A DNA stretch of 64,000 bases. Origin: Eledone cirrhosa (taxonomy: Eukaryota). Made by a program: the position numbers and the translations under genes. The DNA lies in assembly GCA_964016885.1 (NCBI GenBank), contig OZ024743.1, positions 247,442,001-247,506,000 of the forward strand, read 5' to 3'. Of the stretch, positions 1-10,700 are shown piece by piece. Positions within the stretch are counted from its first letter, which is position 1; every line of letters starts with the position of its first letter. A model generated the notes under the pieces. It saw nothing but the letters and a program-made list of their open reading frames with translations, ran no database searches and was not told the DNA's origin.

Positions 1-46
1 AATCAATAGTTGTGGCTGTGGAACCAAACCGTGTTAAACGTCAACA

Positions 47-113
47 AAGTCCGCCGGCGAATGGTGTGCTTCGAAGAAAACGAATCCAAAAATGACGATT
101 TGCCGGCGGAGTT
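47..113. repeat. Internal 16-bp imperfect inverted repeat of module C (example copy)
   Basis: AAGTCCGCCGGCGAAT (47-62) vs reverse complement of ATTTGCCGGCGGAGTT (98-113) = AACTCCGCCGGCAAAT: 14/16 match, 35-nt spacer. Confidence 0.8.
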
Positions 114-147
114 ACCTTTTCAATCGCGGGCCGGCCATCCGTGGTCG

Positions 148-374
148 GATCGATCTGTAATTACTGCTACATGTGCAGACACTCATTGGCTATGTGTGGC
201 GTGAATTCCAGCAAGATATCTCCGTAAAATCAATAGTTGTGGCTGTGGAACCAAACCGTGTTAAACGTCAACAAAGTCCGCCGGCGAATGGTGTGCTTCG
301 AAGAAAACGAATCCAAAAATGACGATTTGCCGGCGGAGTTACCTTTTCAATCGCGGGCCGGCCGCCCCTGGTCG
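148..374 (+). repeat. Example 227-bp D-B-C monomer
   Basis: D + B + AAGTC + core C. The 227-bp period is seen in ORF offsets 10/237, 26428/26655/26882 and 38018/38245/38472. Confidence 0.9.
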
Positions 375-542
375 GATCGATCTGTAATTACTGGTACATG
401 TGCAGACTCTCATTGGCTATGTGTGGCGTGAATTTCAGCAAGATATCTCCGTAACATCAATAGTTGTGGCTGTGGAACCAAACCGTGTTAAACGTCAACA
501 AAGTCGTTGAGCGTAAGTTTGTTTACATTGAACTCGTGGTGG
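375..542 (+). repeat. Example 168-bp D-B-E monomer
   Basis: D, then B (ATTTCAGCAAGATATCTCC...AACGTCAACA), then AAGTC, then E (GTTGAGCGTAAGTTTGTTTACATTGAACTCGTGGTG). About 29 copies in the left arm and 6 in the right arm. Confidence 0.9.
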
Positions 543-739
543 GATCGATCTGTAATTACTGGTACATGTGCAGACACACATTGGTTGTGTGTGGTGTGAT
601 TTTCAAAAAAAACTGCCCATGCTAAATGAGGCAGCTGAAGTCCGGCGGCGAATGGTGTGCTTCGAAGAAAACGAATCACAAAAATGACGATTTGCCGGCG
701 GAGTTATTTTTTCAATCGCGGGCCGGCCGCCCGTGGTCG
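543..739 (+). repeat. Example 197-bp D-A-C monomer (major class, 196-200 bp)
   Basis: D, then A (TTTTCAAAAAAAACTGCCCATGCTAAATGAGGCAGCTG), then AAGTC and core C. The 200-bp variant has TTTTTCTCGATCGTG. The 196-bp variant has CCGAAAATG, GCAGGCGGAGTAA and GGGATCCATC. Confidence 0.9.
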
Positions 740-856
740 GATCGATCTGTAATTACTGGTACATGTGCAGACACACATTGGTTGTGTGTGCTGTGATTTT
801 CAAAAAAAACTGCCCATGCTAAATGAGGCAGCTGAAGTCCGGCGGCGAATGGTGTG

Positions 857-873
857 CTTCGAAGAAAACGGAT
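857..873 (+). promoter_or_regulatory. CENP-B-box-like 17-mer (example copy; putative protein-binding site)
   Basis: CTTCGAAGAAAACGGAT vs canonical CTTCGTTGGAAACGGGA: 12/17 overall, 8/9 core positions of NTTCGNNNNANNCGGGN. Function is unproven. Confidence 0.35.
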
Positions 874-3800
874 CACAAAAATGACGATTTGCCGGCGGAG
901 TTACCTTTTTCTCGATCGTGGGCCGGCCGCCCGTGGTCGGATCGATCTGTAATTACTGGTACATGTGCAGACACTCATTGGGTGTGTGTGGTGTGATCTT
1001 CAAGAAAAACTGCCCATGCTAAATGAGGCAGCTGAAGTCCGCCGGCGAATGGTGTGCTTCGAAGAAAACGAATCCGAAAATGACGATTTGCAGGCGGAGT
1101 AACCTTTTCGATTGTGGGCCGGCCGCCCGTGGTGGGATCCATCTGTAATTACTGGTACATGTGCAGACACTCATTGGCTGTGTGTGGTGTGATCTTCAAG
1201 AAAAACTGCCCATGCTAAATGAGGCAGCTGAAGTCCGCCGGCGAATGGTGTGCTTCGAAGAAAACGAATCCGAAAATGACGATTTGCAGGCGGAGTAACC
1301 TTTTCGATTGTGGGCCGGCCGCCCGTGGTGGGATCCATCTGTAATTACTAGTACATGTGCAGACACTCATTGGCTATGTGTGGCGTGAATTTCAGCAAGA
1401 TATCTCCTTAAAATCAATAGTTGTGGCTGTGGAACCAAACCGTGTTAAACGTCAACAAAGTCCGCCGGCGAATGGTGTGCTTCGAAGAAAACGAATCCAA
1501 AAATGACGATTTGCCGGCGGAGTTACCTTTTCAATCGCGGGCCGGCCATCCGTGGTCGGATCGATCTGTAATTACTGCTACATGTGCAGACACTCATTGG
1601 CTATGTGTGGCGTGAATTTCAGCAAGATATCTCCGTAACATCAATAGTTGTGGCTGTGGAACCAAACCGTGTTAAACGTCAACAAAGTCGTTGAGCGTAA
1701 GTTTGTTTACATTGAACTCGTGGTGGGATCGATCTGTAATTACTGGTACATGTGCAGACACACATTGGTTGTGTGTGGTGTGATTTTCAAAAAAAACTGC
1801 CCATGCTAAATGAGGCAGCTGAAGTCCGGCGGCGAATGGTGTGCTTCGAAGAAAACGAATCACAAAAATGACGATTTGCCGGCGGAGTTACCTTTTCAAT
1901 CGCGGGCCGGCCGCCCGTGGTCGGATCGATCTGTAATTACTGGTACATGTGCAGACACACATTGGTTGTGTGTGGTGTGATTTTCAAAAAAAACTGCCCA
2001 TGCTAAATGAGGCAGCTGAAGTCCGGCGGCGAATGGTGTGCTTCGAAGAAAACGGATCACAAAAATGACGATTTGCCGGCGGAGTTACCTTTTTCTCGAT
2101 CGTGGGCCGGCCGCCCGTGGTCGGATCGATCTCTAATTACTGGTACATGTGCAGACACTCATTGGCTGTGTGTGGTGTGATCTTCAAGAAAAACTGCCCA
2201 TGCTAAATGAGGCAGCTGAAGTCCGCCGGCGAATGGTGTGCTTCGAAGAAAACGAATCCGAAAATGACGATTTGCAGGCGGAGTAACCTTTTCGATTGTG
2301 GGCCGGCCGCCCGTGGTGGGATCCATCTGTAATTACTGGTACATGTGCAGACACTCATTGGCTGTGTGTGGTGTGATCTTCAAGAAAAACTGCTCATGCT
2401 AAATGAGGCAGCTGAAGTCCGGCGGCGAATGGTGTGCTTCGAAGAAAACGGATCACAAAAATGACGATTTGCCGGCGGAGTTACCTTTTTCTCGATCGTG
2501 GGCCGGCCGCCCGTGGTCGGATCGATCTCTAATTACTGGTACATGTGCAGACACTCATTGGCTGTGTGTGGTGTGATCTTCAAGAAAAACTGCCCATGCT
2601 AAATGAGGCAGCTGAAGTCCGGCGGCGAATGGTGTGCTTCGAAGAAAACGGATCACAAAAATGACGATTTGCCGGCGGAGTTACCTTTTCAATCGCGGGC
2701 CGGCCGGCCGTGGTCGGATCTATCTGTAATTACCGGTAAATGTGCAGACACTCATTGGCTATGTGTGGCGTGAATTTCAGCAAGATATCTCCGTAAAATC
2801 AATAGTTGTGGCTGTGGAACCAAACCGTGTTAAACGTCAACAAAGTCGTTGAGCGTAAGTTAGTTTACATTGAACTCGTGGTGGGATCGATCTGTAATTA
2901 CTGGTACATGTGCAGAAACACATTGGTTGTGTGTGGTGTGATTTTAAAAAAAAACTGCCCATGCTAAATGAGGCAGCTGAAGTCCGGCGGCGAATGGTGT
3001 GCTTCGAAGAAAACGAATCACAAAAATGACGATTTGACGGCGGAGTTACCTTTTCAATCGCGGGCCGGCCGCCCGTGGTCGGATCGATCTGTAATTACTG
3101 GTACATGTGCAGACACACATTGGTTGTGTGTGGTGTGATTTTCAAAAAAAACTGCCCATGCTAAATGAGGCAGCTGAAGTCCGGCGGCGAATGGTGTGCT
3201 TCGAAGAAAACGGATCACAAAAATGACGATTTGCCGGCGGAGTTACCTTTTTCTCGATCGTGGGCCGGCCGCCCGTGGTCGGATCGATCTCTAATTACTG
3301 GTACATGTGCAGACACTCATTGGGTGTGTGTGGTGTGATCTTCAAGAAAAACTGCCCATGCTAAATGAGGCAGCTGAAGTCCGCCGGCGAATGGTGTGCT
3401 TCGAAGAAAACGAATCCGAAAATGACGATTTGCAGGCGGAGTAACCTTTTCGATTGTGGGCCGGCCGCCCGTGGTGGGATCCATCTGTAATTACTGGTAC
3501 ATGTGCAGAAACTCATTGGCTGTGTGTGGTGTGATCTTCAAGAAAAACTGCTCATGCTAAATGAGGCAGCTGAAGTCCGGCGGCGAATGGTGTGCTTCGA
3601 AGAAAACGGATCACAAAAATGACGATTTGCCGGCGGAGTTACCTTTTTCTCGATCGTGGGCCGGCCGCCCGTGGTCGGATCGATCTCTAATTACTGGTAC
3701 ATGTGCAGACACTCATTGGCTGTGTGTGGTGTGATCTTCAAGAAAAACTGCCCATGCTAAATGAGGCAGCTGAAGTCCGGCGGCGAATGGTGTGCTTCGA

Positions 3801-6800
3801 AGAAAACGGATCACAAAAATGACGATTTGCCGGCGGAGTTACCTTTTCAATCGCGGGCCGGCCGCCCGTGGTCGGATCTATCTGTAATTACCGGTAAATG
3901 TGCAGACACTCATTGGCTATGTGTGGCGTGAATTTCAGCAAGATATCTCCGTAAAATCAATAGTTGTGGCTGTGGAACCAAACCGTGTTAAACGTCAACA
4001 AAGTCGTTGAGCGTAAGTTAGTTTACATTGAACTCGTGGTGGGATCGATCTGTAATTACTGGTACATGTGCAGAAACACATTGGTTGTGTGTGGTGTGAT
4101 TTTAAAAAAAAACTGCCCATGCTAAATGAGGCAGCTGAAGTCCGGCGGCGAATGGTGTGCTTCGAAGAAAACGAATCACAAAAATGACGATTTGACGGCG
4201 GAGTTACCTTTTCAATCGCGGGCCGGCCGCCCGTGGTCGGATCGATCTGTAATTACTGGTACATGTGCAGACACACATTGGTTGTGTGTGGTGTGATTTT
4301 CAAAAAAAACTGCCCATGCTAAATGAGGCAGCTGAAGTCCGGCGGCGAATGGTGTGCTTCGAAGAAAACGGATCACAAAAATGACGATTTGCCGGCGGAG
4401 TTACCTTTTTCTCGATCGTGGGCCGGCCGCCCGTGGTCGGATCGATCTCTAATTACTGGTACATGTGCAGACACTCATTGGGTGTGTGTGGTGTGATCTT
4501 CAAGAAAAACTGCCCATGCTAAATGAGGCAGCTGAAGTCCGCCGGCGAATGGTGTGCTTCGAAGAAAACGAATCCGAAAATGACGATTTGCAGGCGGAGT
4601 AACCTTTTCGATTGTGGGCCGGCCGCCCGTGGTGGGATCCATCTGTAATTACTGGTACATGTGCAGACACTCATTGGCTGTGTGTGGTGTGATCTTCAAG
4701 AAAAACTGCCCATGCTAAATGAGGCAGCTGAAGTCCGCCGGCGAATGGTGTGCTTCGAAGAAAACGAATCCGAAAATGACGATTTGCAGGCGGAGTAACC
4801 TTTTCGATTGTGGGCCGGCCGCCCGTGGTGGGATCCATCTGTAATTACTAGTACATGTGCAGATACTCATTGGCTATGTGTGGCGTGAATTTCAGCAAGA
4901 TATCTCCGTAAAATCAATAGTTGTGGCTGTGGAACCAAACCGTGTTAAACGTCAACAAAGTCAGCCGGCGAATGGTGTGCTTCGAAGAAAACGAATCCAA
5001 AAATGACGATTTGCAGGCGGAGTAACCGTTTCGATTGTGGGCCGGCCGCCCGTGGTGGGATCCATCTGTAATTACTGGTACATGTGCAGACATTCATTGG
5101 CTATGTGTGGCGTGAATTTCAGCAAGATATCTCCTCAAAATCAATAGTTGTGGCTGTGGAACCAAACCGTGTTAAACGTCAACAAAGTCGTTGAGCGTAA
5201 GTTAGTTTACATTGAACTCGTGGTGGGATCGATCTGTAATTACTGGTACATGTGCAGAAACACATTGGTTGTGTGTGGTGTGATTTTAAAAAAAAACTGC
5301 CCATGCTAAATGAGGCAGCTGAAGTCCGGCGGCGAATGGTGTGCTTCGAAGAAAACGAATCACAAAAATGACGATTTGCCGGCGGAGTTGCCTTTTCAAT
5401 CGCGGGCCAGCCGCCCGTGGTCGGATCGATCTGTAATTACTGGTACATGTGCAGACCCACATTGGTTGTGTGTGGTGTGATTTTCAAAAAAAACTGCCCA
5501 TGCTAAATGAGGCAGCTGAAGTCCGGCGGCGAATGGTGTGCTTCGAAGAAAACGAATCCGAAAATGACGATTTGCAGGCGGAGTAACCTTTTCGATCGTG
5601 GGCCGGCCGCCCGTGGTCGGATCGATCTCTAATTACTGGTACATGTGCAGACACTCATTGGCTGTGTGTGGTGTGATCTTCAAGAAAAACTGCCCATGCT
5701 AAATGAGGCAGCTGAAGTCCGCCGGCGAATGGTGTGCTTCGAAGAAAACGAATCCGAAAATGACGATTTGCAGGCGGAGTAACCTTTTCGATTGTGGGCC
5801 GGCCGCCCGTGGTGGGATCCATCTGTAATTACTGGTACATGTGCAGACACTCATTGGCTGTGTGTGGTGTGATCTTCAAGAAAAACTGCCCATGCTAAAT
5901 GCGGCAGCTGAAGTCCGCCGGCGAATGGTGTGCTTCGAAGAAAACGAATCCGAAAATGACGATTTGCAGGCGGAGTAACCTTTTCGATTGTGGGCCGGCC
6001 GCCCGTGGTGGGATCCATCTGTAATTACTGGTACATGTGCAGAAACTCATTGGCTGTGTGTGGTGTGATCTTCAAGAAAAACTGCTCATGCTAAATGAGG
6101 CAGCTGAAGTCCGGCGGCGAATGGTGTGCTTCGAAGAAAACGGATCACAAAAATGACGATTTGCCGGCGGAGTTACCTTTTTCTCGATCGTGGGCCGGCC
6201 GCCCGTGGTCGGATCGATCTCTAATTACTGGTACATGTGCAGACACTCATTGGCTGTGTGTGGTGTGATCTTCAAGAAAAACTGCCCATGCTAAATGAGG
6301 CAGCTGAAGTCCGGCGGCGAATGGTGTGCTTCGAAGAAAACGGATCACAAAAATGACGATTTGCCGGCGGAGTTACCTTTTCAATCGCGGGCCGGCCGCC
6401 CGTGGTCGGATCGATCTGTAATTACCGGTAAATGTGCAGACACTCATTGGCTATGTGTGGCGTGAATTTCAGCAAGATATCTCCGTAAAATCAATAGTTG
6501 TGGCTGTGGAACCAAACCGTGTTAAACGTCAACAAAGTCGTTGAGCGTAAGTTAGTTTACATTGAACTCGTGGTGGGATCGATCTGTAATTACTGGTACA
6601 TGTGCAGAAACACATTGGTTGTGTGTGGTGTGATTTTAAAAAAAAACTGCCCATGCTAAATGAGGCAGCTGAAGTCCGGCGGCGAATGGTGTGCTTCGAA
6701 GAAAACGAATCACAAAAATGACGATTTGACGGCGGAGTTACCTTTTCAATCGCGGGCCGGCCGCCCGTGGTCGGATCGATCTGTAATTACTGGTACATGT

Positions 6801-7799
6801 GCAGACACACATTGGTTGTGTGTGGTGTGATTTTCAAAAAAAACTGCCCATGCTAAATGAGGCAGCTGAAGTCCGGCGGCGAATGGTGTGCTTCGAAGAA
6901 AACGGATCACAAAAATGACGATTTGCCGGCGGAGTTACCTTTTTCTCGATCGTGGGCCGGCCGCCCGTGGTCGGATCGATCTCTAATTACTGGTACATGT
7001 GCAGACACTCATTGGGTGTGTGTGGTGTGATCTTCAAGAAAAACTGCCCATGCTAAATGAGGCAGCTGAAGTCCGCCGGCGAATGGTGTGCTTCGAAGAA
7101 AACGAATCCGAAAATGACGATTTGCAGGCGGAGTAACCTTTTCGATTGTGGGCCGGCCGCCCGTGGTGGGATCCATCTGTAATTACTGGTACATGTGCAG
7201 ACACTCATTGGCTGTGTGTGGTGTGATCTTCAAGAAAAACTGCCCATGCTAAATGAGGCAGCTGAAGTCCGCCGGCGAATGGTGTGCTTCGAAGAAAACG
7301 AATCCGAAAATGACGATTTGCAGGCGGAGTAACCTTTTCGATTGTGGGCCGGCCGCCCGTGGTGGGATCCATCTGTAATTACTGGTACATGTGCAGAAAC
7401 TCATTGGCTGTGTGTGGTGTGATCTTCAAGAAAAACTGCTCATGCTAAATGAGGCAGCTGAAGTCCGGCGGCGAATGGTGTGCTTCGAAGAAAACGGATC
7501 ACAAAAATGACGATTTGCCGGCGGAGTTACCTTTTTCTCGATCGTGGGCCGGCCGCCCGTGGTCGGATCGATCTCTAATTACTGGTACATGTGCAGACAC
7601 TCATTGGCTGTGTGTGGTGTGATCTTCAAGAAAAACTGCCCATGCTAAATGAGGCAGCTGAAGTCCGGCGGCGAATGGTGTGCTTCGAAGAAAACGGATC
7701 ACAAAAATGACGATTTGCCGGCGGAGTTACCTTTTCAATCGCGGGCCGGCCGCCCGTGGTCGGATCTATCTGTAATTACCGGTAAATGTGCAGACACTC

Positions 7800-10700
7800 A
7801 TTGGCTATGTGTGGCGTGAATTTCAGCAAGATATCTCCGTAAAATCAATAGTTGTGGCTGTGGAACCAAACCGTGTTAAACGTCAACAAAGTCGTTGAGC
7901 GTAAGTTAGTTTACATTGAACTCGTGGTGGGATCGATCTGTAATTACTGGTACATGTGCAGAAACACATTGGTTGTGTGTGGTGTGATTTTAAAAAAAAA
8001 CTGCCCATGCTAAATGAGGCAGCTGAAGTCCGGCGGCGAATGGTGTGCTTCGAAGAAAACGAATCACAAAAATGACGATTTGACGGCGGAGTTACCTTTT
8101 CAATCGCGGGCCGGCCGCCCGTGGTCGGATCGATCTGTAATTACTGGTACATGTGCAGACACACATTGGTTGTGTGTGGTGTGATTTTCAAAAAAAACTG
8201 CCCATGCTAAATGAGGCAGCTGAAGTCCGGCGGCGAATGGTGTGCTTCGAAGAAAACGGATCACAAAAATGACGATTTGCCGGCGGAGTTACCTTTTTCT
8301 CGATCGTGGGCCGGCCGCCCGTGGTCGGATCGATCTCTAATTACTGGTACATGTGCAGACACTCATTGGGTGTGTGTGGTGTGATCTTCAAGAAAAACTG
8401 CCCATGCTAAATGAGGCAGCTGAAGTCCGCCGGCGAATGGTGTGCTTCGAAGAAAACGAATCCGAAAATGACGATTTGCAGGCGGAGTAACCTTTTCGAT
8501 TGTGGGCCGGCCGCCCGTGGTGGGATCCATCTGTAATTACTGGTACATGTGCAGACACTCATTGGCTGTGTGTGGTGTGATCTTCAAGAAAAACTGCCCA
8601 TGCTAAATGAGGCAGCTGAAGTCCGCCGGCGAATGGTGTGCTTCGAAGAAAACGAATCCGAAAATGACGATTTGCAGGCGGAGTAACCTTTTCGATTGTG
8701 GGCCGGCCGCCCGTGGTGGGATCCATCTGTAATTACTAGTACATGTGCAGATACTCATTGGCTATGTGTGGCGTGAATTTCAGCAAGATATCTCCGTAAA
8801 ATCAATAGTTGTGGCTGTGGAACCAAACCGTGTTAAACGTCAACAAAGTCAGCCGGCGAATGGTGTGCTTCGAAGAAAACGAATCCAAAAATGACGATTT
8901 GCAGGCGGAGTAACCGTTTCGATTGTGGGCCGGCCGCCCGTGGTGGGATCCATCTGTAATTACTGGTACATGTGCAGACATTCATTGGCTATGTGTGGCG
9001 TGAATTTCAGCAAGATATCTCCTCAAAATCAATAGTTGTGGCTGTGGAACCAAACCGTGTTAAACGTCAACAAAGTCGTTGAGCGTAAGTTAGTTTACAT
9101 TGAACTCGTGGTGGGATCGATCTGTAATTACTGGTACATGTGCAGAAACACATTGGTTGTGTGTGGTGTGATTTTAAAAAAAAACTGCCCATGCTAAATG
9201 AGGCAGCTGAAGTCCGGCGGCGAATGGTGTGCTTCGAAGAAAACGAATCACAAAAATGACGATTTGCCGGCGGAGTTGCCTTTTCAATCGCGGGCCAGCC
9301 GCCCGTGGTCGGATCGATCTGTAATTACTGGTACATGTGCAGACCCACATTGGTTGTGTGTGGTGTGATTTTCAAAAAAAACTGCCCATGCTAAATGAGG
9401 CAGCTGAAGTCCGGCGGCGAATGGTGTGCTTCGAAGAAAACGAATCCGAAAATGACGATTTGCAGGCGGAGTAACCTTTTCGATCGTGGGCCGGCCGCCC
9501 GTGGTCGGATCGATCTCTAATTACTGGTACATGTGCAGACACTCATTGGCTGTGTGTGGTGTGATCTTCAAGAAAAACTGCCCATGCTAAATGAGGCAGC
9601 TGAAGTCCGCCGGCGAATGGTGTGCTTCGAAGAAAACGAATCCGAAAATGACGATTTGCAGGCGGAGTAACCTTTTCGATTGTGGGCCGGCCGCCCGTGG
9701 TGGGATCCATCTGTAATTACTGGTACATGTGCAGACACTCATTGGCTGTGTGTGGTGTGATCTTCAAGAAAAACTGCCCATGCTAAATGCGGCAGCTGAA
9801 GTCCGCCGGCGAATGGTGTGCTTCGAAGAAAACGAATCCGAAAATGACGATTTGCAGGCGGAGTAACCTTTTCGATTGTGGGCCGGCCGCCCGTGGTGGG
9901 ATCCATCTGTAATTACTGGTACATGTGCAGAAACTCATTGGCTGTGTGTGGTGTGATCTTCAAGAAAAACTGCTCATGCTAAATGAGGCAGCTGAAGTCC
10001 GGCGGCGAATGGTGTGCTTCGAAGAAAACGGATCACAAAAATGACGATTTGCCGGCGGAGTTACCTTTTTCTCGATCGTGGGCCGGCCGCCCGTGGTCGG
10101 ATCGATCTCTAATTACTGGTACATGTGCAGACACTCATTGGCTGTGTGTGGTGTGATCTTCAAGAAAAACTGCCCATGCTAAATGAGGCAGCTGAAGTCC
10201 GGCGGCGAATGGTGTGCTTCGAAGAAAACGGATCACAAAAATGACGATTTGCCGGCGGAGTTACCTTTTCAATCGCGGGCCGGCCGCCCGTGGTCGGATC
10301 GATCTGTAATTACCGGTAAATGTGCAGACACTCATTGGCTATGTGTGGCGTGAATTTCAGCAAGATATCTCCGTAAAATCAATAGTTGTGGCTGTGGAAC
10401 CAAACCGTGTTAAACGTCAACAAAGTCGTTGAGCGTAAGTTAGTTTACATTGAACTCGTGGTGGGATCGATCTGTAATTACTGGTACATGTGCAGAAACA
10501 CATTGGTTGTGTGTGGTGTGATTTTAAAAAAAAACTGCCCATGCTAAATGAGGCAGCTGAAGTCCGGCGGCGAATGGTGTGCTTCGAAGAAAACGAATCA
10601 CAAAAATGACGATTTGACGGCGGAGTTACCTTTTCAATCGCGGGCCGGCCGCCCGTGGTCGGATCGATCTGTAATTACTGGTACATGTGCAGACACACAT

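Larger units (their letters stand above)
375..1558 (+). repeat. Canonical 1184-bp six-monomer HOR unit (168+197+200+196+196+227)
   Basis: Monomer lengths were counted directly and sum to 1184. The same spacing recurs in ORF offsets (488/1672, 26882/28066, 31254/32438/33622) and in E-module spacing (4004/5188, 7892/9076). Confidence 0.9.

Noticed and set aside
61-90. tRNA/SINE B-box similarity (GCTTCGAA) or a tandem 5S/snRNA/spliced-leader gene array
   Set aside because: It does not fit GGTTCGANTCC, and no A box, cloverleaf or recognisable 5S/snRNA sequence is seen. An Rfam search would be needed to exclude this fully.
580-600. Telomeric or microsatellite repeat (TGTGTGTGGTGTG)
   Set aside because: Only about 13 bp, a fixed part of module D, and never expanded.
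543-739. Identity with known satellites of similar size (alpha satellite 171 bp, Trypanosoma cruzi 195 bp, Arabidopsis 178 bp)
   Set aside because: Only the length is similar; I recognise no sequence similarity. The family and organism remain unassigned without a database search.
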